A DNA stretch of 64,000 nucleotides from Gammaproteobacteria bacterium (lineage in GTDB: Bacteria; Pseudomonadota; Gammaproteobacteria; Steroidobacterales; Rariloculaceae): the NCBI GenBank assembly GCA_039933105.1, contig JBDTOT010000023.1, positions 115 to 64,114 on the forward strand, given 5' to 3'. Shown here one piece after another: positions 45,947 through 55,373 of the stretch (position 1 is its first letter; the number at the start of each line of letters is the position of its first letter). Under the pieces are notes generated by a model, which ran no database searches, was not told where the DNA came from, and was given only the letters and a program-made list of their open reading frames with translations. The position numbers and the translations under genes were made by a program.

Positions 45947-48016
45947 CTACCAGATTCGAACGCGCTGGTCCGGCGGCAGATAGAGCTTCGCCATCGTTTT
46001 CACGTTGAATGCCCGATACCACTCGTCCATGTTGCGCACCGGGCCGTTCGAGCGAAACTCCGCAGGCGAGTGCGGATCGGACACGACTTGGCGGCGCAGC
46101 TGACCTTCGCGGATCAGCGAGCGCCAGATTTGTCCGAAGCCAAGGAAGAAACGCTGAACGCCCGTGAAGCCGTCGATGATCGGCGGCTCTTTACCGTTCA
46201 ACGAGATCTTGTAAGCCTCGAGCGCGACGTTGAGGCCGCCGAGGTCGCCAATGTTCTCACCGAGCGTGAAGCGACCGTCCACGAACAGCCCGGGCAGGGG
46301 TTCGAACTTCTGGTACTGATCCGCTAGCTTGCTCGTGAGCTCCTGGAAACGGTGTTCGTCGTCCGCGTTCCACCAGCTGCGCAATACGCCGTGCTCGTCC
46401 GATTTTGCGCCTTGGTCGTCGAAGCCGTGTCCCATCTCGTGCCCGATCACGGCGCCGATCGCGCCGTAGTTCACCGCCGGATCTGCGTTCAAATCGAAGA
46501 ACGGTGGTTGGAGGATCGCCGCGGGGAACACGATCTCGTTCCACGAGAAGCGGTAGTAAGCGTTCACCGTTTGGGGAGACATTCCCCATTCGCCGCGATC
46601 GGCAGGTTTGGTCAAGCGCTCGAGATCGCGCGCACGCGCGAATGCTGCTTCGCGCTTACGATTAGCGAAGGGTTCGTCGGGCGCGATCTCGAGCGCGGTG
46701 TAATCGCGCCATCGGTCCGGATAACCGATTTTGACGTTGATCGTCTCGAGCTTTCGCAACGCGGCGCTTTTCGTTGTCTTGCTCATCCACGCGAGCTGCG
46801 AGATTCGAGCTCGATAGGCCGCGCGCAGATTTTCGACGAGCGCGCGCATCGCCTCTTTCGATTGCGGCGAGAAATACCGCTTCACGTAGAGTTGGCCCGA
46901 GGCTTCGCCCATGGACGGGCCGCTCAACGCGCCCACGGCGCGCCGCCAGCGCTCGAGTTGGTCGGGCTGTCCGGAGATCGTGCGACCAAAGAATTCGAAC
47001 CGGGCCTCGTCGAACGCCTTCGGCAACACGTCCGCCATTCGATCGAGGTAGTGAAAGGTCATGTAGGCGCGCCAGGTCTCGACCGGCGTGGCGCGGAACA
47101 ATTTGGCCAATCCCTGCACGGCATCCGGCTGCGCGACCACGAAGAAGTCCTGGCTCGGTGCGCCGAAACTCGCGAGGCTCGCATCCCACGGCAGCTCGGG
47201 GGCAAAAGCTCTGAGCTCGGCCCCGGATTTCGGGTTGTAGGTCAAGTCGCGGTCGCGGGATTTGTCGCGTGTCCAGTGAAGCGCCGCGATCTTGCGCTCA
47301 ACTTCGACGATCGCGTCGGCGCTCGCGGCGGCAGCCGGGTATGCGGCGAGGGTGAGTAGCGTTTCGATGTAAGTGTGGTATTTCGTTCGCGCCTCGGCGA
47401 ACCGCGCGTCTTCCTTCAAGTAGTAGTCGCGATCGGGCATGCCGAGGCCCGATTGTGCGACGCCGATGACGTAGACGTCAGGACGTTTCTCATCCGTGTC
47501 TACGAACAGGCCAATCGGCAGATTACCGGCGGTGTCCCTTGCAGCGGCGAATGCCACGATGTCTTCGTGCGTTCGCGCCGCCGCGATTCGCGCCAAGTCC
47601 GGTCTCGCAGGCGCGAGGTTTTTAGCCTCGATCGCGGCGGCGTCGAGGTACGCGCGATAGTGATCGATGGCCTTGCGCTCGGGAGATCCGGCCGTGATGG
47701 GCCCTTTGGCAGCGTCCTCGACGGCGTCGCGCACATGGCCTTCCGACTCGGCGCGTAATGTGTCGAAGGAGCCCCAGCGTGAACGGTCCGGCGGGATCTG
47801 TGTCGTCTTCATCCACGTGCCGCCGACGTAGTGGCAGAAGTCATCGCCCGGCTCGATCGAGCGGTCCATGCCCGCAATGTCGAAACCCCACGTGCCGATG
47901 GTGGCCTTGCCGATGGCGGCGCGGGCGGTGCGCCAGAAATTGGTTACGCCGAGGCCCACGGCCACGGCCGACGCAGTACCCACGAGAACGGCGCGACGAT
48001 TCAAAAGCGGAGACAT
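45947..48016 (-). CDS. M13 family metallopeptidase (PepO/endothelin-converting enzyme-like)
   Basis: 689 aa with a Tat- or Sec-like N-terminus. HEMGHGFD and GENIGDLGG zinc-binding motifs are present. Confidence 0.9.
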   Translation of the reverse strand: MSPLLNRRAVLVGTASAVAVGLGVTNFWRTARAAIGKATIGTWGFDIAGMDRSIEPGDDFCHYVGGTWMKTTQIPPDRSRWGSFDTLRAESEGHVRDAVEDAAKGPITAGSPERKAIDHYRAYLDAAAIEAKNLAPARPDLARIAAARTHEDIVAFAAARDTAGNLPIGLFVDTDEKRPDVYVIGVAQSGLGMPDRDYYLKEDARFAEARTKYHTYIETLLTLAAYPAAAASADAIVEVERKIAALHWTRDKSRDRDLTYNPKSGAELRAFAPELPWDASLASFGAPSQDFFVVAQPDAVQGLAKLFRATPVETWRAYMTFHYLDRMADVLPKAFDEARFEFFGRTISGQPDQLERWRRAVGALSGPSMGEASGQLYVKRYFSPQSKEAMRALVENLRAAYRARISQLAWMSKTTKSAALRKLETINVKIGYPDRWRDYTALEIAPDEPFANRKREAAFARARDLERLTKPADRGEWGMSPQTVNAYYRFSWNEIVFPAAILQPPFFDLNADPAVNYGAIGAVIGHEMGHGFDDQGAKSDEHGVLRSWWNADDEHRFQELTSKLADQYQKFEPLPGLFVDGRFTLGENIGDLGGLNVALEAYKISLNGKEPPIIDGFTGVQRFFLGFGQIWRSLIREGQLRRQVVSDPHSPAEFRSNGPVRNMDEWYRAFNVKTMAKLYLPPDQRVRIW

Positions 48017-48252
48017 GGCTTCCCCCTCGTATGGCGGCGGTGAGAATCATCGCCCGCGTGGCGCGCTCGTGAAGTCGATCCACGAGGCGACACGTTGAAC
48101 GATAGTACTTTCGAAAACGCGAGGCCATCGGGGCGCGGCCGGTGTCGTCGGGGGGCTTGCTTCGTAGACGGCGGCGCACAACCATAGCGGCGAGTCAGCC
48201 GAGGTGGCCCTTATCGGGCCGGCGAACCGTGTTCTTGATCGGGAGATTCCGC

Positions 48253-48711
48253 ATGGCCACTGCCCATCGCGCCTCGCGCGTCATCGTCGCCGCGTTTGGT
48301 CTCGTCATCGCGGCAGGCGCGGCCGCTCATCACTCGTACGCCATGTTCGAGCCTGCGCGGACGGCGACCGTCACGGGCACGGTTGCGAAGCTCGAGTGGA
48401 CGAATCCGCACGTGTTCATCTGGATGTACGTGCCGAACGCGGCGCGCGACAACGGGTTCGATTTGTATGCGTTCGAGAATGGGTCGCCGAACGTGCTGCT
48501 GAAGCGGGGATGGTCCAAGGAGACATTCGCGGTCGGCGAGAAACTATCGATCGCCTATTGGCCGCTCGCCGACGGGCGCACGGGTGGGCACTTCGCAGTC
48601 GCCACGCGCGTGGACGGCAGCGTCATTCGCGGCGCGGGCGGGCCCGGTGGCGGTGTCGACGCCTCGGACGCCGTCGGTGCACCCACGGCACCGCCGGCAG
48701 GTAAGCCGTGA
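48253..48711 (+). CDS. small secreted HHS-motif protein S4 (with Gly/Pro-rich tail)
   Basis: ATG preceded by GGGAG. Signal peptide ...AAGAAA|HHSYAMFE, then NPH and VGEKLSIAYWP. It has a low-complexity C-terminal extension. Confidence 0.8.
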   Translation: MATAHRASRVIVAAFGLVIAAGAAAHHSYAMFEPARTATVTGTVAKLEWTNPHVFIWMYVPNAARDNGFDLYAFENGSPNVLLKRGWSKETFAVGEKLSIAYWPLADGRTGGHFAVATRVDGSVIRGAGGPGGGVDASDAVGAPTAPPAGKP

Positions 48712-49472
48712 GCACACGCACGAACCGATGTTGGCGTTGGGGCGGCGCGTTGCTGGGTGCGCTCGTTACCGTCACCGCCTCGGCTCAGCCGGCGAGTAAC
48801 CTGCCGGGCGCTACCTACGCCTCGCTCGCGAAGCTGCCCGACTGGAGCGGATGGTGGGGCTTCGGACAAGCAGGGCAGGACGAGCTGCGAACGCACCCGT
48901 TGCCGCTGCAGCCTGCGGCGCGCGATGCCGCCCGCGCCGCGGGACCCGATGCGGATCCGCTGCGCTACTGTCGGCCGTTGCAGTTCACGGGCTCGAGCGG
49001 AGGCTTCACGGAAGCGGTCGAGTTCTTGTTCACACCGGGCCGCGTGACCGTGACGAACGAGCGCGGCCTGGTTCGGCGCATCTACTCCGATGGCCGGGGG
49101 ATGTCCGCGGAGCCCGATCCGACGAACACCGGCGTGTCGATCGGCCGTTGGGAGGGCGAGATGCTCATCGTCGAAACGCGAGGCATCAATCCGCTCGCGT
49201 CGTATGGCGGTGTGCCGATCGGTAAGAATGTGCGGATCACCGAGCGCATATTCCTCAAGGATCCGGGCACGCTGCAGATCGATGTCGTGACCGAAGCGCC
49301 CGACGTGCTCACGCAGCCCGATCGCCGGACGCGCCTCTACCAGCGCGTCGGGAAAACCATGGCGAACGAGATCACGTGGTGCACCGAGTACGATCGCTCG
49401 ATCGAGCCGGGCTCGGGCAAACAGCGTTTCGACCTGACGCCGCCCGCCGATTTGCCGCCGCCGCCGCGCTAG
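48708..49472 (+). CDS. secreted partner protein L4 of the S/L module
   Basis: GTG start overlaps the S4 stop (GTGA). Motifs: PDWSGWW, DPLRYCRPLQF, VRRIYSDGRG, GVSIGRWEGEMLIVE, TWCTEY. Confidence 0.75.
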   Translation: MSTRTNRCWRWGGALLGALVTVTASAQPASNLPGATYASLAKLPDWSGWWGFGQAGQDELRTHPLPLQPAARDAARAAGPDADPLRYCRPLQFTGSSGGFTEAVEFLFTPGRVTVTNERGLVRRIYSDGRGMSAEPDPTNTGVSIGRWEGEMLIVETRGINPLASYGGVPIGKNVRITERIFLKDPGTLQIDVVTEAPDVLTQPDRRTRLYQRVGKTMANEITWCTEYDRSIEPGSGKQRFDLTPPADLPPPPR

Positions 49473-49480
49473 CTCGAAGA

Positions 49481-51247
49481 TCAGCGCGTCGGCAGCGCGA
49501 ACACGAACAGCTTGTTGCGGCTGTCGTTGGGCGCGACATCCGGCGTCAGCCGCGAGAGCCCGCCCGTCATGTTGGAGCGGCCGGTGCTCACCGCTACGTA
49601 CTGCTTGCCGCCGGCTTCGAACGTGATCGGGTGCCCGGTGACCTGCGAGCCTACATTCGTTTCCCACAGCACCTTGCCCGTCGTCGCGTCGAACGCACGA
49701 AAGTTGCCCGCCACGTCGCCGCCGAATACGAGGTCGCCCGCCGTTGCGACGAGCGCCGTCACGCCCGCGCGCGTGTCGAACCGCCACACGGCCTTGCCGG
49801 TCTCGGCCGAGAGCGCGCGCACCGTGCCGACCTTACCGTCCGCGTCCGGCGTGATCATTGTCTCGCCGCTGATGGCGTAGAGAAGCTCCGGTTTTCGCTC
49901 GGTCGTCGCGGCCGTGGTCACGTTCCAGCAGGTGTTCTGCAACGGCATGTACATGGCCTTCGTGCGCGGGCTGTATGCGCCGGCAGGCCAGTTCTTGCCT
50001 CCGTTCGTCGTCGGGCAGATGAACAGCGTTTGATTCGCCGCGGTGAACAAGGCTTTTTCGTTGACCGTGACCTTGCCGGTGGCGCCGTCGATACCCGCGA
50101 CCACATTCTGGAAGATGGTCGGCCGTGCCCACAGAAATTCGCCCGTGACGCGATCGAGCGTGTAGACGAGGCCGGTCTTGCCGGGTATTCCCGTCACGAC
50201 TTTGCGGTGCTCGCCGGGCTTCAGCCGAGGGTTGATCCACGGCACTTCGCTCTTGTCGGGCGCAACGGCCGTGTCGAGCAGAATTCGCTCGAACGGGTGA
50301 TCGAGATCCCAGTGGTCGACGACGTGCTGGTAGTACCACGCGGTTTCGCCGGTGGCCGGACGCAGCGCGAGCGTCGAGTTGTGGTAGAGGTACTGCTTGT
50401 CATTGCCGGCCAGCAGGAACTTCGGTGCCGGTGCCGTGACCGACGTGCCCATATAGATGAGATCGAGCTCGGGGTCGTAGCTCGGCATCATCCACGCGCC
50501 GACGTGCCAACGGCCCGAATCCGGTATGTCGCCCCAACTGTCGCCGCCGGGCTCGCCAGGTTTCGGGATCGTGCGCTTGCGCCACAGTTCCTTACCGGTG
50601 TGCGCGTCGTGCGCCGTGATCACGCACGCATCGGGCCCGCCCTGCGGCTGGCAATTGCGGCCCGAGATCAGCTTGCCCGCGACGACGAAAGGCGCCGTGC
50701 CCTGTTTCACGTGACTCACGTGATAGTCGAAGACCTTGTTCTCCCACACGAGCTTGCCGGTCGCTGCATCGAGCGCGTAGATCGTGTTGTCGGCGCCGTT
50801 GTCGATGATCAGTCGATCGTAGATCGCGAGGTTGCGATTCGTCTGCGGGAACGGCACGAACTTGCCCAGATCTTCCGGGAGTGCGCGACGGTGTTCCCAG
50901 AGTGTCTTGCCGGTCGCCGCGTCGAGCGCGACGGTGTGGTCCGACGGGTTGGGGAAATACATGACGCCGTCGTGCACGATCGGCGTGCCTTCCTGCGACG
51001 GCGCGTCGTCGAGGTCGATCGACCATGCGACCTTCAAACTACCGACGTTGCTGCGGTTGATCTGGTCGAGTGGGCTGTAGCCCCACGCATCGAATGTGCG
51101 CCGCCACATGAGCCAGTCGGCGTCGTCCGGGTGCCTAAGCATCGCGTCGGTCACGGGGCGGAACTCGTGCTCGGCGGCATTCGCGCCGATAGCGGCGGCG
51201 AAGCAGAGCGAAACAGCGAGTAGGGTGGTGCGGGTTGGCATCGGCAA
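49481..51247 (-). CDS. PQQ-dependent dehydrogenase (methanol/ethanol-family-like quinoprotein)
   Basis: 588 aa with a signal peptide. WLMWRRTFDAWGYSPLDQINRSNVGSLKVAWS and an eight-blade W-motif pattern are present. Confidence 0.85.
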   Translation of the reverse strand: MPMPTRTTLLAVSLCFAAAIGANAAEHEFRPVTDAMLRHPDDADWLMWRRTFDAWGYSPLDQINRSNVGSLKVAWSIDLDDAPSQEGTPIVHDGVMYFPNPSDHTVALDAATGKTLWEHRRALPEDLGKFVPFPQTNRNLAIYDRLIIDNGADNTIYALDAATGKLVWENKVFDYHVSHVKQGTAPFVVAGKLISGRNCQPQGGPDACVITAHDAHTGKELWRKRTIPKPGEPGGDSWGDIPDSGRWHVGAWMMPSYDPELDLIYMGTSVTAPAPKFLLAGNDKQYLYHNSTLALRPATGETAWYYQHVVDHWDLDHPFERILLDTAVAPDKSEVPWINPRLKPGEHRKVVTGIPGKTGLVYTLDRVTGEFLWARPTIFQNVVAGIDGATGKVTVNEKALFTAANQTLFICPTTNGGKNWPAGAYSPRTKAMYMPLQNTCWNVTTAATTERKPELLYAISGETMITPDADGKVGTVRALSAETGKAVWRFDTRAGVTALVATAGDLVFGGDVAGNFRAFDATTGKVLWETNVGSQVTGHPITFEAGGKQYVAVSTGRSNMTGGLSRLTPDVAPNDSRNKLFVFALPTR

Positions 51248-51407
51248 GGTCCCCCTTCGTTAGCGGCGATTCGAATTGTCGCTCAAGCGTGCGTCGCTGC
51301 GACAGTCCGGGCTAGCCCGCAGCGCGCGCTTCAAGATCGTCGCGACCGGGTTCCGCGGAATGCTGGGCGGAGTGTTCGCGGAGTTGTAGAGTACGCTGCA
51401 CTCCGCC

Positions 51408-52871
51408 ATGGCCTTCAAGCTGCACACTCACTGGTCACGTCGCGACCTGCTCGGCAGGGCCGCTCTCGTGCTCGGCGCCGGCGCGGTTCCCTCGCTGCTC
51501 GCGCGTGCGCAGCAGGTCGGCAGCGTGATGGGGGCGCTAAGTACCTACATGGTCGGCGCGCGCGCGCGTTCGGTGCCCGCACGCGTGCTCGAGCAAGCGA
51601 AGTTCCACATTCTCGACACGCTGGCCGCGATGATCTCCGGATCGCAGTTGCGGCCGGGCATCGCCGCGCTGCGATTTGCGGCGGCACAGGCGGCGGGGGG
51701 CAGCGCCACGGTCGTCGCTACCAAAACGTTGCTGAATCCACTCGAAGCCGCGTTCGTAAATGGCGTGCTCGCGCATTCGGACGAGACCGATGACTCGCAT
51801 GGGCAGTCGCAGTCGCATCCGGGCTCGGCCGTGGTGCCGGCCGCGCTCGCAATGGCCGAAGCAGTGGGTGCGAGCGGCGAGCAGTTCCTGCGCGCCGTGA
51901 CGTTGGGGTATGACGTCGGCCCGCGTATCACGATGGCACTCGGCGGCACTGCGTTTAGAACCGACTCGCGGCGTAGCACGCATGCGTTCGCGGGTACGTT
52001 CGGGGCGGCAGCTGCCGCGGGCAGCCTGGCCGCTCTCGACGAGCAGCAGATGCGCTGGTTGCTCGACTACGCGTCGCAGCAGGCCGCCGGCTACGCCGTG
52101 TGGGGACGCGATACGGAACACGTCGAGAAGGCGTTCGTGTTCGGCGGCATGCCGGCCCGCGCGGGCGTGACGGCCGCCGAAGTCGTGCGCGCAGGGTGGA
52201 CCGGCGTCGACGACGTATTCTCGGGCGAGGACAACTTCTTTCGCGTCAATGCGCCGGGCGCGAAACTCGAATTGCTCGTCGAGGCGCTCGGCGAGCGCTA
52301 CGAGATCGCCAACACGGATATCAAGAAGTGGACCGTCGGCACGCCCATCCAGGCTCCACTCGATGCGCTCGAGACTTTGTTGCGGCGGCACGGCTTCTCC
52401 GTAGCCGACGTGACCGAGGTCGTGGTGCGGCTCGCGCCTGCGGTCGGTTCGGTCGTCGACAACCGCGACATTCCCGATATCTGCCTGCAGCACATACTCG
52501 CGGTCATGCTCGTCGACGGAACGGTGTCGTTCCATGCGGCGCATGACATGGCGCGCATGCAGGATCCGATCGTGCTGCACGAGCGGCGCAAGGTTCGCTA
52601 CGTGCCGGACGCCGAGCTCACCGCGCTGCTGCCGGTTCGCGTCGCGATAGTCGAAGTCGCGTTGCGTGACGGCACGCGGCATAGCGAGCGCGTGCAAGCG
52701 GTGCGCGGCACGCCTCGCAATCCGATGGGGCGGGACGAGATCGTTGCCAAAGCGCGCGACCTGATCGGGCCGGTGCTCAGCGGCGCCACGGCGGATCGGC
52801 TGATCGACAAGCTGCTCGCGCTGGAGACGCTCGGTGACATTCGCGCGCTGCGGCCGTTGCTGCAGCGATAG
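51408..52871 (+). CDS. MmgE/PrpD family protein with twin-arginine signal
   Basis: 487 aa. SRRDLLGRAALVLGAGAVPSLLARAQQ precedes a PrpD-like fold (HILDTLAAMISG, HSDETDDSH). Confidence 0.8.
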   Translation: MAFKLHTHWSRRDLLGRAALVLGAGAVPSLLARAQQVGSVMGALSTYMVGARARSVPARVLEQAKFHILDTLAAMISGSQLRPGIAALRFAAAQAAGGSATVVATKTLLNPLEAAFVNGVLAHSDETDDSHGQSQSHPGSAVVPAALAMAEAVGASGEQFLRAVTLGYDVGPRITMALGGTAFRTDSRRSTHAFAGTFGAAAAAGSLAALDEQQMRWLLDYASQQAAGYAVWGRDTEHVEKAFVFGGMPARAGVTAAEVVRAGWTGVDDVFSGEDNFFRVNAPGAKLELLVEALGERYEIANTDIKKWTVGTPIQAPLDALETLLRRHGFSVADVTEVVVRLAPAVGSVVDNRDIPDICLQHILAVMLVDGTVSFHAAHDMARMQDPIVLHERRKVRYVPDAELTALLPVRVAIVEVALRDGTRHSERVQAVRGTPRNPMGRDEIVAKARDLIGPVLSGATADRLIDKLLALETLGDIRALRPLLQR

Positions 52872-52888
52872 CTTTTCAAGGAGGCTGC

Positions 52889-54055
52889 ATGAAACGTAGC
52901 ACTGACCGCATTCTTACGACGCACGCGGGCAGCCTGCCGCGGCCCGACTATCTGCTCGAAGGCTATCGCGAGCGGCCCGCGGAGCCGTCGACGTCGGCGC
53001 TCCTGCGCGGCGCAGTCGCCGAGGTCGTGGCGCAGCAGGTCGTGGCTGGCATTGATGTCGTCAACGATGGCGAGTATGGCAAGCCCATGACGGAAGCAGT
53101 CGACTATGGCGCGTGGGCCACGTATGTCTCCGGCAGGCTGAGCGGCTTCGAGCAGCGCGAGCTCACGAACGTCGCAGGCGTACTCAAGGAGATCATGGGG
53201 GACAGTAAGGATCGGAAGGACTTCGCCGCGTTCTACGCGGCCGGTTCCCCCATGGTCGAGCGTCGTGGGCCGCCGCGCGTCTCGATCAATGTCGGACCGA
53301 TTGCATACACCGGCCAGGCGCTCGTCCAGCGCGACATCGATAACTTCAAGGCGGCGCTCGGCGCGGCGCCGGCCGAAGATGCGTACTTGAGCGCTGTCTT
53401 CACGGGTGTGCAGTTCGGCAAGAGCGAGTACTACCGAAGCAGCGAGGAACAGGCGGTGGCCTGCGCCGAGGCCATGCGCGAGGAGTACCAGGCGATCGTG
53501 AATGCGGGCCTGAACGTGCAGATCGACGACCCGATCCTCGTCAACGTCTACGAGTTTCGCTATTCGGAAAACCGCGATGTAGCCGCTTTCCGCAAGTGGG
53601 CGGCCGAGCACGTGGCGCTCGTGAACCATGCGCTCGAGGGCATTCCGGAGGAGCGCATTCGCTATCACCTATGTTGGGGCAGCTGGCACGGGCCGCACAG
53701 CGCCGACCTGCCGATGCGGGACGTCATCGATCTGTTGCTGAAGGTCAAAGCCAGTCAGTACTCGTTCGAGGCGGCGAACCCGCAGCACGAGCACGAGTGG
53801 AAGGTGTGGAAGGACGTGAAGCTGCCTGCGGGGCGCGCGCTGATCCCCGGCGTCGTCACGCACAAGACGACGATCCTCGAGCATCCCGAGACCGTGTGCG
53901 ACCGGATCGTGCGCTACGCGAACGTGGTGGGTCGCGAGAACGTGATCGCGGGAACCGATTGCGGAATGGGCGGACGCATTCACCCTCAGGTTGCATGGGC
54001 CAAGCTGAAAGCGCTCGCAGAGGGCGCCGCGCTCGCCACCGAGCAGCTATGGTGA
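52889..54055 (+). CDS. cobalamin-independent methionine synthase II (MetE C-terminal-like) family protein
   Basis: 388 aa. ILTTHAGSLPRP, QIDDP and a H-x-C ... C zinc-ligand pattern (YHLCWG, GTDCGMG) are present. Confidence 0.75.
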   Translation: MKRSTDRILTTHAGSLPRPDYLLEGYRERPAEPSTSALLRGAVAEVVAQQVVAGIDVVNDGEYGKPMTEAVDYGAWATYVSGRLSGFEQRELTNVAGVLKEIMGDSKDRKDFAAFYAAGSPMVERRGPPRVSINVGPIAYTGQALVQRDIDNFKAALGAAPAEDAYLSAVFTGVQFGKSEYYRSSEEQAVACAEAMREEYQAIVNAGLNVQIDDPILVNVYEFRYSENRDVAAFRKWAAEHVALVNHALEGIPEERIRYHLCWGSWHGPHSADLPMRDVIDLLLKVKASQYSFEAANPQHEHEWKVWKDVKLPAGRALIPGVVTHKTTILEHPETVCDRIVRYANVVGRENVIAGTDCGMGGRIHPQVAWAKLKALAEGAALATEQLW

Positions 54056-54103
54056 CCGGGCCGTTCTGGCTAGTAATAAACATAAGAATGAGTGCGTAAC
54101 TTC

Positions 54104-54967
54104 ATGATTGAGCTACGAGTGGGTGGTGTGCCCGAGCACTTCAATTTGCCGTGGCATTTGGCCGTGGAAGCCCGCGTGCCGGAACGCCTCGGCGTGGGGC
54201 TCACATGGCGGGACTATCCCGATGGCTCGGGCGCCATGGCGGCCGCGCTGCGCTCAGGTGAGCTCGACGCGGCACTCTTGTTGACAGAGGGCGCAATGGC
54301 CGGCATCGCGAACGGCGGCGGATTCAAGATCGCAAGTCTGTACACGGAATCGTCGTTGATCTGGGGCATCCACGTGCCCGCGCGCTCGCAATTTGCGAGC
54401 GTGGGCGACATCCGCGGCGCCCGCTACGCGATCAGTCGCTTGGGTTCGGGCTCGCATCTGATGGCGGTCGTGCACGCTCGTGCGCAGGCGTGGCCGGTCG
54501 ACACGCTCGAGTGGGTGACGGTGCGCAATCTCGCCGGCGCCATCGACGCGTTCGCGAGCGGCGCGGCCGATGTGTTCTTCTGGGAGAAGTTCATGACGAA
54601 GCCGCTGGTCGATGACGGCCGGTTTCGGCGCGTCGGTGAATTCCTAGCGCCATGGCCAGCGTTCGTCGTGTGTGTCGCCGACTGCGTCGGAGCGCCACAG
54701 CGCGCAGCACTGCGCGCGCTGGTGGCCGCGGTTCTCGCCGAGGCCGCAACCATGGTGGCTCGGCAGGATGCCTCGGTGGTGATCGGCCAGCGCTACTCGC
54801 TCGCACCCGACGATGTGGCGGAGTGGTTGCGGGTAACGCGCTGGGCGAGCGATGTCGGCGTCGAAACCAGCGACCTCACGCAGGTGACGGCGGCGTTGCA
54901 GGATCTGCAGCTCGTGCCGCCGACGTTCCAACCCGAGAGCGCGCTGCTGCCGCTAAACGGGAGCTGA
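54104..54967 (+). CDS. NMT1/THI5-like (periplasmic-binding-fold) protein without obvious signal
   Basis: LRVGGVPEHFNLPWHLA and SRLGSGSHLM motifs. The start could be GTG 54092 or ATG 54104. Confidence 0.65.
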   Translation: MIELRVGGVPEHFNLPWHLAVEARVPERLGVGLTWRDYPDGSGAMAAALRSGELDAALLLTEGAMAGIANGGGFKIASLYTESSLIWGIHVPARSQFASVGDIRGARYAISRLGSGSHLMAVVHARAQAWPVDTLEWVTVRNLAGAIDAFASGAADVFFWEKFMTKPLVDDGRFRRVGEFLAPWPAFVVCVADCVGAPQRAALRALVAAVLAEAATMVARQDASVVIGQRYSLAPDDVAEWLRVTRWASDVGVETSDLTQVTAALQDLQLVPPTFQPESALLPLNGS

Positions 54968-54977
54968 GCAACAGCGA

Positions 54978-55364
54978 TTACTTGATCGCGAAGCCGGCGC
55001 CCGGGTTGAGTTCCTTGCCGTCGCCACGCGTGGCCTTCATCCACGCCGCTGCGGGGCGGCCGTCCTTCATCGGGTGGCCGGTGATCGTGACCTCGGTGCC
55101 CGGAGAGAGATCGCTCTTGCGGATACCGGCACGAGTCAGAGTGCTCGGGCCCTCGGCCTCGAAGCCCCACGTCGTGACGGTGCCATCCGTGTTCTTGACG
55201 TCGACGAGCAACCACGAGTGCGGGTTCGTGTACTGAAACTCTTTCACGGTGCCCTTGACGGTGACCTCTTTGGCGTCATCGAACATGACGGCCGAGTGGT
55301 GCGCAAAGCTGGGCGCTGCTACGAGTGCGAGCCCGCCAAATGCGATTGCCAGAATCTGTTTCAT
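54978..55364 (-). CDS. small secreted HHS-motif protein S5
   Basis: 128 aa. Signal peptide ...VAAPSFA|HHSAVMFD, then NPH and PGTEVTITGHP. Its AGGAG ribosome-binding site overlaps the TAG stop of L5. Confidence 0.8.
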   Translation of the reverse strand: MKQILAIAFGGLALVAAPSFAHHSAVMFDDAKEVTVKGTVKEFQYTNPHSWLLVDVKNTDGTVTTWGFEAEGPSTLTRAGIRKSDLSPGTEVTITGHPMKDGRPAAAWMKATRGDGKELNPGAGFAIK

Positions 55365-55373
55365 CGTCGTCTC

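Noticed and set aside
49481-51247. Calling the PQQ dehydrogenase a lanthanide-dependent XoxF-type enzyme
   Set aside because: I cannot reliably locate the diagnostic metal-ligand positions by eye. The region where methanol dehydrogenases have a D-R-x-G type motif reads GKTGLVYTLDR here. No metal specificity is claimed.
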